Assembly: GCF_006345805.1 (NCBI RefSeq)
Contig: NC_042997.1
Span: 191,022,001 to 191,086,000 of the forward strand
Source of the DNA: Octopus sinensis
Taxonomy: Eukaryota
Direction of reading: 5' to 3'
DNA length: 64,000 bases
Positions within the stretch are counted from its first letter, which is position 1. Each line of letters begins with the position of its first letter. Positions 54,914-64,000 of the stretch are shown piece by piece. The notes below the pieces were generated by a model. That model did no database searches. It had not been told where the DNA came from and saw only the letters and a program-made list of their open reading frames with translations. The position numbers were made by a program, and so were the translations under genes.

Positions 54914-56059
54914 GCTATGCATCATGCAACTGTTGCTAGGCCTCATGTTACTGTTGCTAGGTATCGTGCAGGTGTTGCTAGGCATCAAGCAGTTGTTGCT
55001 ATGCAACGTGTAATTGTTTGCTATGTATCAAGCAACTGTTGCTAGGCATCAAGAATTGTTGCTATGCTACGTGTAATTGTTTGCTATGTATCAAGCAACT
55101 GTTACTATGCATCATGCAACTGTTGCTAGGCATCAAGAATTGTTGCTAGGTATCATGCAGGCGTTGCTAGGCATCAAGCACTTGTTGCTATGCTACATGT
55201 AATTGTTTGCTATGTATCAAGCAACTGTTGCTAGGCATCAAGAATTGTTGCTAAGTATCCTGCAGGTGTTGCTAGGCATCAAGCAGTTGTTGCTATGCAA
55301 CATGTAATTGTTTGCTATATATCAAGCAACTGTTGCTATGCATCATGCAACTGTTGCTAGGCATCAAGCAGTTGTTGCTAAGTATCATGCAGTGTTGCTA
55401 GGCATCAAGCAGTTGTTGCTATGCAACATGTAATTGTTTGCTATGTATCAAGCAACTGTTGCTAGGCATCAAGAATTGTTGCTAAGTATCCTGCAGGTGT
55501 TGCTAGGCATCAAGCAGTTGTTGCTATGCTACGTGTAATTGTTTGCTATGTATCAAGCAGCTGTTGCTATGCATCATGCAACTGTTGCTAGGCATCAAGA
55601 ATTGTTGCTAAGTATCATGCAGGCGTTGCTAGGCATCAAGCAGTTGTTACTATGCAACATGTAATTGTTTGCTGTGTATCAAGCAACTGTTGCTAGGCAT
55701 CAAGAATTGTTGCTAAGTATCCTGCAGGTGTTGCTAGGCATCAAGCAGTTGTTGCTATGCTATGTGTAATTGTTTGCTATGTATCAAGCAGCTGTTGCTA
55801 TGCATCATGCAACTGTTGCTAGGCATCAAGAATTGTTGCTAAGTATCATGCAGGCGTTGCTAGGCATCAAGCAGTTGTTACTATGCAACATGTAATTGTT
55901 TGCTATGTATCAAGCAACTGTTGCTATGCAACACTTAACTGTTGCCATACACCATGTTATTGTTGCTACGCATCATGTAATTTGTCCTTAATCATCATGT
56001 AATGTAATAGTTGCTACACATCATGAAATTGTTGCTATGCATCATGTAATTGTTGCTAT
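54914..56059. repeat. ~21-bp minisatellite with higher-order structure inside an FPGS intron
   Basis: TGTTGCTA(G/T/A)G..CATC(A/T)(A/T)GCA.. units in recurring blocks; ends ~20 nt before the 56080 acceptor. Confidence 0.93.
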
Positions 56060-56079
56060 CTCTCACCTGATTGTTTCAG

Positions 56080-56198
56080 CCAGAAAAATTAGATACTCTG
56101 TCAATCATTCATGTGACTGGAACAAAGGGAAAAGGATCAACATGTACTTATACCGAAGAGATTCTCAGAAGTAAATGCTACAGAACTGGCCTCTTCAC
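56080..56198 (+). CDS. FPGS: FPGS-like exon with ATP-binding P-loop (119 bp, phase 0-2)
   Basis: TTTCAG acceptor, GTAAAA donor. Translates [39 protein letters not shown](T); [12 protein letters not shown] is the FPGS/FolC P-loop signature. Confidence 0.95.
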
Positions 56199-56652
56199 GT
56201 AAAATATCTTTGATTTTATATAATTGTTGCTGATGATGATGATGAAGATGAAGATGAAGATGAAGATGAAGATGAAGATGATGATGATTGTGGGGAGGGT
56301 GTTACCTGAGTTGTTTAGGTCAATATAGTCTGATATGTGTGTATGTGTATGCATGCATGTACATGTGAGTGTGTGTGTTTGTATGTATATATATATATAT
56401 ATATTCTTTTACTCTTTTACTCTTTTACTTGTTTCAGTCATTTGACTGCGGCCATGCTAGAGCACCGCCTTTAGTCGAGCAAATCGATCCCAGGACTTAT
56501 TCTTTGTAAGCCTAGTACTTATTCTATCGGTATCTTTTGCTGAACCACTAGTTATGGGGACGTACACACACTAGCATTGGTTGTCAAAACAGACACACAA
56601 ACATATACACACACTCACATATATATATATACATATATATATACATATACAT

Positions 56653-56686
<34 letters not shown>

Positions 56687-56758
56687 ATATATAATATATA
56701 TATATTATATATATATGTATGTTATATATATATCTATATATATATATATATGTGTGTG

Positions 56759-56789
<31 letters not shown>

Positions 56790-56917
56790 ACGGGAAGCTT
56801 TATGAAAATAGACAAAAGACGAAGGCAGGTTTACGGAAATAAACAAAAGACGAAGGCAGGTGGAATACAAACAGACAATTGTATTAGTATGGCGCTCAGG
56901 AAATATAAATAAAACAA

Positions 56918-56957
56918 GTCTTTAACGTTTCGAGCCTACGCTCTTCAACAGAAAGAC
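56918..56957 (-). ncRNA. Minimal type I hammerhead-like motif with A6U core variant, in a pLTR-like repeat (56790-57130)
   Basis: GTCTTT | CTGTTGA | A | GAGC-GTAG-GCTC | GAAA | CG-TT | AAAGAC; perfect 6-bp stem I and 4-bp stem II. Confidence 0.65.
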
Positions 56958-57442
56958 ACACAGAGAAAAAACACAGAAAGAAGGAGAGAAAAAAATATGC
57001 GTGCAGAGGCTAGCGAATCAACATGGCGATCTGATTTCGGCCAGAAGTCAAAGATCAAACGTGAGACGCAAGAGCGAAATTAGGGGAGATGATAGGGTTA
57101 AATGACCTCGCTCCAACATAAGAGTGTGTGTATGAGAAGAGTGTGTGTATGAGAGAGTATTAGTGTGTATGAGAGGTCTGGATGTGTGTATGTATATATG
57201 ATGTGATGTGTAAAGTCGTATGGTGTAGTGTAGAGAGAGGAGATGAGTTTCCGTCTACCAAATCCACTCACAAATCTTTGGTTGGACTGAGGCTATAGTA
57301 GAAGACACTTGCCCAAGGTACCACACAGTGGGACTGAACCCGGACCATGTGGTTTGGTAAGCAAGCTACTTACCACACAGCTACACCTGCACCTATATAT
57401 ATATATATGTATATGTATATATTAATATATATAATATATATA

Positions 57443-57497
<55 letters not shown>

Positions 57498-57548
57498 ATA
57501 TATTATATATATATATATTATAATATATATATATATTATATATATAAT

Positions 57549-57604
<56 letters not shown>

Positions 57605-57610
<6 letters not shown>

Positions 57611-58218
57611 ATAAAAGGCTCCCAAATAAGGAAGCTTAGTGCTAGAGACACAAAGAGGGATAAATTATGAAAAGGATGAAAATCAAAAACATTTACCATT
57701 AAAGATATATCCCAGACTGGTCAGTTTCTACTTCTTTCTAGCAAAACAGACAGAATATGTTTGCCAAGGCAAGGTTCGTCAGTGGGAAGCCTTCTTAATC
57801 CTAGATGCACAGAGCGTTAGAGCACATGTAAATCTAACGGTTTGTATATCTTAATTTTTCAAACTTCCGCGCAGACGCAAAACATACCCGGCGACAGAGA
57901 GCATGCCGGTAAAAAATTTTACGAACAAATTTATCAAGTAATATGTAAACATAATCAAAAAGGGTAATAACATAAGTTATTATTACCAGTGGCCTAGCAC
58001 AAAAGACGAATTAGTCATTAGACAAAATATTATTCATATATAATAAAAGGCTCCCAAATAAGGAAGCTTAGTGCTAGAGACACAAAGAGGGATAAATTCA
58101 TGGAAAGAATGAAAATCAAAAACATTTACCATTAAAGATATATCCCAGACTGATCAGTTTCTACCTCTTTCTTGCAAAACAGACAGAATATGTTTGCCAA
58201 GGCAAGGTTCGTCAGTGG
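57605..58218. repeat. 180-bp direct repeats spaced 432 bp apart (about 1.4 tandem units)
   Basis: 57605-57785 matches 58037-58218; starts at a (TA)n tract. Confidence 0.9.
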
Positions 58219-58594
58219 TCATGTGTTTCAGTCTTCATTTGTGTATGTGTCCTTGTCTGTTCTTATAACCTATATACCTATCCGTCTGTATGTTGATCTG
58301 TTTATTTTCATATCCATATACTTACATACAAAAAAAAAAAAAATTCAATTTATTCTTTCAGTGTGGTATTATGGTTGGGGGTCCCAAGTCTAGAAACCTG
58401 AAGGATGTATCAAATAATGTGGTCCTAAATTGCTTTGCATTGAGCTCTGAACTTTTGTTGTAACTATAGGGACAACATACTATGATGTACAATGGCTTTG
58501 AGCATCTAAACCCATTCTTCTCCAGATCTGACAGCAGCTGATTTCTTCATCATCATCATCATCATCATCGTTGTCGTCATCGTCATCATCATCA

Positions 58595-59130
58595 TTGCCT
58601 TCATCACCTCCTCCTGCTTTTACCATCCTCCTCTTCTTCCTCCTCTCCCTCTACTTCTTCCCCATCCCCTCAGCTTCCTCCCTCCCATCCTCCTCCCTTC
58701 AGTTTCCTCTTTCTCTTCTTCTATCTTGCCTTCTTCCTCCTTCTCCCCTTCTTCCACCTTGCCTTCTTCATCCTCCTCTTCCTCCCCTTCTTCCTCCTTC
58801 TCCCCATCCTCCTCCTCCTCTCCTTCCATCTTCTCTTATTCTTTTTCCTCCCTTCTTCCTCCTCTTCTTCCTCCTCTTCTTCCTCCTATCCCTCTACTTC
58901 TTCCTCATCCCCTCAGCTCCCTCCCTCTCTCCTCTCTCCTTCCTCCTCCCTTCAGTTTCCTCTTTCTCTTCTTTCATCTCACCTTCTTCCTCATTCTCCC
59001 CTCTTTCCACCTTGCCTTCTTCATCCTCCTCTTCCTCTCCTTCTTCCTCCTTCTCCCCGTCCTCCTCCTCCTCTCCTTTCATCTTCCCTTCTTCCTTTTC
59101 CTCCCTTCTTCATCCTCTTCCTCCTCCTTT
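58595..59130 (+). repeat. Long polypyrimidine tract with an internal ~270-bp duplication
   Basis: Almost pure C/T; 58605-58860 resembles 58880-59120; just upstream of the 59176 acceptor. Confidence 0.9.
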
Positions 59131-59175
59131 ACACTATCTTTATACACCTATGTTTTACCTGTGTTTTACTTGTAG

Positions 59176-59281
59176 TTCTCCGCATATATTTGATGAACGA
59201 GATCGGATACAAATAGATGGAAAATGTTTGAGCAAAGAAAAGTTTCGAGACTATGTTTGGCACTGCTTCGATACCATTAAG
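59176..59281 (+). CDS. FPGS: FPGS-like exon with SPH omega-loop (106 bp, phase 2-0)
   Basis: TGTAG acceptor, GTAAAC donor. AC|T completes Thr, then SPHIFDERDRIQIDGKCLSKEKFRDYVWHCFDTIK, matching the FPGS SPHL..RERIRING motif. Confidence 0.93.
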
Positions 59282-59586
59282 GTAAACCACAACCATTTAA
59301 GTCTTCTTTCTCTTCCCCATAAGACAATTCCAAGCTCCATTAAAAAATAGAAACACCTACTTTTCCATATCATAAGGGATTGATGGTGAATCAATGAGGG
59401 CCCATACAGGCATGGCTATGCAGTAAGAAGCTTGCTTCCCAACCACATGGTTCTGGGTTCAGTCCCACTACATGGCACCATGGGTAAATGCCTTCTACTA
59501 GAACCTCGGGCCAAGCAAAGCCTTGTGAGAGGATTTGGTAGATGGAAACTGAAAGAAGCCTGTTGTATATATATATATATATATAT

Positions 59587-59656
<70 letters not shown>

Positions 59657-59661
59657 GGATG

Positions 59662-59698
<37 letters not shown>

Positions 59699-59790
59699 TA
59701 GATAGATAGATTGATAGATAGATAGATATAGATCATATATATATACACATACACACATCTATATATATATAGATATAGATACATAGATAC

Positions 59791-59841
<51 letters not shown>

Positions 59842-60213
59842 TGTATTATTTATGTGTATGTATCTTTGTGTATGTGTTTGTTCCCCATCCCTGTAACTTA
59901 GCAGTTTGGCAAAAGAATAACAGAATAAGTACTAGGTTTACAAAGAATAAGTCCTGGGTTGATTTCTTTGACTAAAAACTTTTTAAGGCAGTGCTCCAGC
60001 ATGACCACAGTCAAATGGCTGAAACAAATAAAAGAATAACCTGAATCTCTGTGTTCAAACATAAAAGTAACTAAACACCAAAACAGGATTTTGTTAGGAC
60101 ATTGGTGACATCAGCAAGAATCTAGCCATTCAGATCTCTAGTAGAAATATAAGGAACTTGTTCTTATCAGTGGCTTAGCTGACCAGCGAAAACACAGTAG
60201 ACCCAGCAGGTAT

Positions 60214-60215
<2 letters not shown>

Positions 60216-60276
<61 letters not shown>

Positions 60277-60855
60277 CATTGTGTACAGTGCTCAGGTGCA
60301 CTACAACTCATCTAAAGTGTATGTATAGTACATAGGGTAATGTACAAGCGTCAGGAAAAGAACAGTGCATGAGTCATGACATATGTGTATGAGTATGGAA
60401 GGGAGACAATCAAGTGTAGTTTCGGTGGATTTCGGAAAGCATGAGGGCCTTAAAGGATGCGGTGTCATGGCAGTCAACAACTGACGCAGGCAGTTTGTTC
60501 CATGCTTCAGCAACTCTGAGCATGAAAATATGTTTCCAAAAGTCATGGGAGCTGTGCTGTTTTCTGACTTTGTAGGCATGTCCACGTGTGTTAGACACAT
60601 GGAGATCAAAAAGGTGTTCAGTGTCGTTGTTGGTGAGGTGGTTGATAACTTTGTGGGTGTTTACCAAGTCCATCGCCAGACGCTGGAGCTTCAGTGAATC
60701 CATGCCAAGGGAAACAAGGCGCTCAGAGTATGGTAGGTGTCTGATGGAGGGTATGCATTTGGTTGCATGTCTCTGAACAGATTCCAGGAGGTCAATGTTC
60801 TGAGCAAGATAGGGGTTCCAAACTGATGATGCGAATTCCAAGTGTGGTCATACCT
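60216..60855 (-). mobile_element. 5'-truncated CR1/L2-type LINE 3' end with (ATT)n tail, antisense in an FPGS intron
   Basis: EFASSVWNPY...LESVQRHATK...YSERL...TRGH...RVAEAWNKLP; trinucleotide tail 60216-60273. Confidence 0.88.
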
Positions 60856-60887
60856 AAAATCCCCATTGTAAACAGACCATTAAGTAC

Positions 60888-61286
60888 ATATATTAATAGT
60901 TATCGCCAAGCTAATATGGCAGTCCAGAAAAATAGGACAAATACTGCTTTTGATTGGCACAGTTTCCTGGTTTCCATGGCATATAAACTGTTCCCCTGGA
61001 CATTACAAGATTACTCACTTTTGGCTGTTGAGTGGACTGGAGCAACCCAAATGAAGCATTTTGCTAAAAAAACACAATACACCACCAATCCAGGGATTGA
61101 AACCACAATCTTACGACCATGAATCCAACACCCTAACTACTAACCTGTGTCCATTATATATGGGAGGTTTGTGTGTCACATAGCTAGCTAGAGGTGAAGG
61201 CCATTTGGAGCTAATCAACGGCAGCATTCGTCCTGTTTTTCTGGACTGCCATGTTAGCTTGGCGATAACTATTAATATCCAGTACC
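60888..61286. mobile_element. MITE-like element with ~60-bp imperfect inverted ends enclosing a SINE fragment
   Basis: ATATTAATAGTTATCGCCAAGCTAA.ATGGCAGTCCAGAAAAA and its reverse complement near 61222-61280; TSD unclear. Confidence 0.55.
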
Positions 61287-61939
61287 GCTGTTGTAGTTTC
61301 CTTTAGAGGGAATTAGAAATAAGGATATTTCTATATAAGTAAATATAGTTTCTCTGGTAACTGACTAATGGTCATAATACAGTTAAAACCAACTAACTGC
61401 AGGAACCTATACCACTCATTATCAGCTACGGAATGTAATAACTATCACCGTCTACTATCTCCGCTGACACACAAACATCTGTCATGGGCACATGCAAACT
61501 GATTCACCTGGCTGCATGTCTTTTCATGTTGCTGTAGCCTGTCGTTACAGTGCTATGGTGTATGGTAATTCAAACAAATGACTAGAGCATTCCTCGCCAG
61601 ATATTGTCATACACAAGAAAGAGGAAAGTGTGTTGCTTAACCGGTGTTGCTTACATGTCTGGTACAAGAGTGTTGGAAAAAGGGCTTGAGAAAATGGATA
61701 AAAATCAAAACTTAAAATACCATTAGTGAATCTAGAATTGCTTTAAAGTTATCATGATGATCGTGATTATGATGATGATGATCATCATCATCATCATTTA
61801 ACATCCATTTTCCATGTTGAACAGTTTGACAGGAGCTGACAAGGCCAGGAGCAGTACCAGATTCCATATCAGCTTTGGCTTGTTTTCTATGGCTGGATGT
61901 CCTTCCTATCAACAACCATTTTACAGAGAGTATTGAGTG

Positions 61940-62115
61940 CTTTTTTGTGGCACCATCATCAGTGCTTTTTATGTGGCACCATCATCAGTGCTTTTTATGT
62001 GGCACCATCATCAGTGCTTTTTATGTGGCACCATCATCAATGCTTTTTATGTGGCACCATCATCAGTGCTTTTTATGTGGCACCATCATCAGTGCTTTTT
62101 ATGTGGCACCATCAT
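61940..62115. repeat. 29-bp tandem repeat, about 6 copies
   Basis: TTTTATGTGGCACCATCATCAGTGCT repeated inside a SINE-like fragment. Confidence 0.9.
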
Positions 62116-62399
62116 GAGTGTTCTTTACATGGAACCTGTCAGCCTTAGAAACAGTTGCAAGCAGTTTAAATGATTGATATGTTGGATATTGAGGTAGAGT
62201 TTCCTGACTCCTGAATCAGTATCCAAACTGATTGTGCTATTCAGACCAACAGACAAGATATTGTGGTAAAAAACGACATTGACCACATATATCTGCACAT
62301 AGATATGTAAATCCCAACTGACTGCAACATCTCTGTGAAAACATTTGAAAAGTTAAGTAAATTTTAGGATTGACCCAGCAGGACAAGTGAGTCCAGCCC

Positions 62400-63036
62400 A
62401 CTTATGCATGCCTTTCCTTCCTTGGACACACGAAGACCTGTTGAGGCAAGCGAAGTCGAAATCGAACCTCATTCGACGACAGGCACCCATGCCAACCTCC
62501 CTTCATTGGACACTAAACTCTGCTTGCGAAGACCTGTTGAGGCAAGTGAAATCGGAATCGAAATTGAACCAATTGAACCTATGACTGGCATCCGGCAGTT
62601 GCCAGGACTGCTGGACTGGCTCCTGTGCAGGTGGCAAGTGAAGAAACACCATTTCGACCCTGTACTTGAGGAGATCCATTGAGTCAAGTACACCAACATC
62701 AAAATCAATGGAAACTGCAGTTGTGATCCCTGTGCCGGTGGCACATAAAAAGTACCATCTGAATGTGGCCAATGCCAGCGCCGCCTCGTCTGGCTTCTGT
62801 GCCAGTGGCACGTAAAATGCACCAACCCGATCGTGGCCGTTGCCAGCCTCGCCTGGCACCTGTGCCGGTGGCACGTAAAAAGCACCCACTACACTCACGG
62901 AGTGGTTGGCGTTAGGAAGGGCATCCACCTATAGAAACACTGCCAGATCAGACTGGAGCCTGGCTTCCCAGATCCCCGGTCGAACCGTCCAACCCATGCT
63001 AGCATGGAGAATGGATATTAAACGATGATGATGATG
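62400..63036 (+). mobile_element. SINE-like or LINE-tail repeat ending in (GAT)n
   Basis: GTGGTTGGCGTTAGGAAGGGCATCC...CCAACCCATGCTAGCATGG...AAACGATGATGATG; related pieces at 40500-40640 and 61790-61940. Confidence 0.6.
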
Positions 63037-63783
63037 AGGTCTCAAAATATGTGGGATATTAGACCAACAACTTTACTGCCTTCCATTTGAAGACAGTACC
63101 AAATGGTACTCTGAAATACATCTATTCACCATGCAGGAATAACTACAGTTGTGAAAACTTCTACATACTGCGTTCTCCATACAGAGGGTTTTCACAGTAA
63201 TTGGATCTTTGCTTACCTTCACAATAATCCATGGCAGATTTATGTATGGATCAATAACAGCCATGGTCCAGGGGCCCCATTCTTGGGTGGCAGGGTTTCC
63301 TTAAGCATTCCTTAAGCATTAAGAAAGAGAAGCCTAAAGTTTGGAATTAAAATTTTTTTTAATATATTTACAGTAATCAAATAAATAATTTGTAATTTTT
63401 TTATAGCTTGTTTAATTTTTTTTTAATCAAATACAATTCTTTTAAAATTACTGAGCTCTCTTTTAATTTATTGGGCCCTTTTAAATTTAAAAAAGTCTTT
63501 AAATTTAACTGAGTCCCTCTGAATCTACTAAGGCTCTTTTAAGTTTGGGGTCTCTTCAAACTGTTTGGGGCCCCTTCATTTAATTGGGCCTTTGTATGTT
63601 TTGAATTAGCGAAATCATTGGGACCCCCAAAGGCTATTTACTCCATAGGTTTAAGTCCACCCCTCACAATTATCCATTTTCTTTCCCTTATAAGTATTTG
63701 ACACTCTGCCTGAAAGACTATAAACCAGTATTTTTTTTTTTACTTTTTTCTTTGTTTTTTTTATATTATTATTTTCTTTACAG

Positions 63784-64000
63784 AAAGATCATTACCCTAC
63801 GCTGCCAAATTTCTTCCAGTTAATGACAGTCATGGCATTTTACATATTCCTCAAAGAAAACGTTGATGTGGTTGTATTGGAAGTTGGCATTGGAGGTGAA
63901 AATGACTGTACAAATGTAATTCGAAACCCTGTTGCTTGTGGTGTCACTTATCTTGACATTGATCATATAGTCTATCTTGGAGACACCATAGAAAAAATTG
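63784..64000 (+). CDS. FPGS: FPGS-like exon, runs off the window end
   Basis: Long T-rich tract + TACAG acceptor. Translates KDHYPTLPNFFQLMTVMAFYIFLKENVDVVVLEVGIGGENDCTNVIRNPVACGVTYLDIDHIVYLGDTIEKI, with the EVGIGG..D.TN and DH motifs of FPGS. Confidence 0.96.

Noticed and set aside
57763-57780. CCAAGGCAAGGTTCG as a second KGKGS P-loop exon
   Set aside because: It does not read KGKGS in any frame and is part of a direct repeat.
58571-59350. 259-aa ORF as a stand-alone gene
   Set aside because: Mostly polypyrimidine tract; only 59176-59281 is a real FPGS exon with splice sites.

Overview
Repeat-dense eukaryotic DNA, AT-rich and microsatellite-rich. The tRNA-derived SINE families and repeat landscape point to a cephalopod, most likely Octopus (inference). 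The only host gene I can support is a partial, divergent folylpolyglutamate synthase (FPGS): four + strand exons at 54065-54196, 56080-56198, 59176-59281 and 63784 to the window end, splicing in frame; exon 1 was not found. The rest is mobile DNA: a Tx1-clade LINE in a (CT)n tract, a full-length CR1-type LINE with an unusual ORF1, CRE-like and R4/Dong-like RLE remnants, composite and tandem Helitrons (two carrying a piggyBac derivative), hAT-like and Tc1/mariner remnants, MITEs, SINEs, minisatellites and foldback palindromes. The strongest finding is a ~545-bp tandem repeat at two loci (18510-19807, 46869-49547) in which every complete monomer carries a type I hammerhead ribozyme motif (7 copies). 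Both arrays share one 3' end at (TA)n, and one has twin-priming inversion geometry, suggesting a retrozyme / Penelope-dependent system, possibly with a circular RNA intermediate. Three more hammerhead-bearing repeat families (one canonical core, two variant cores) and one weaker candidate are also present. All assignments are by eye; no searches or folding programs were run.
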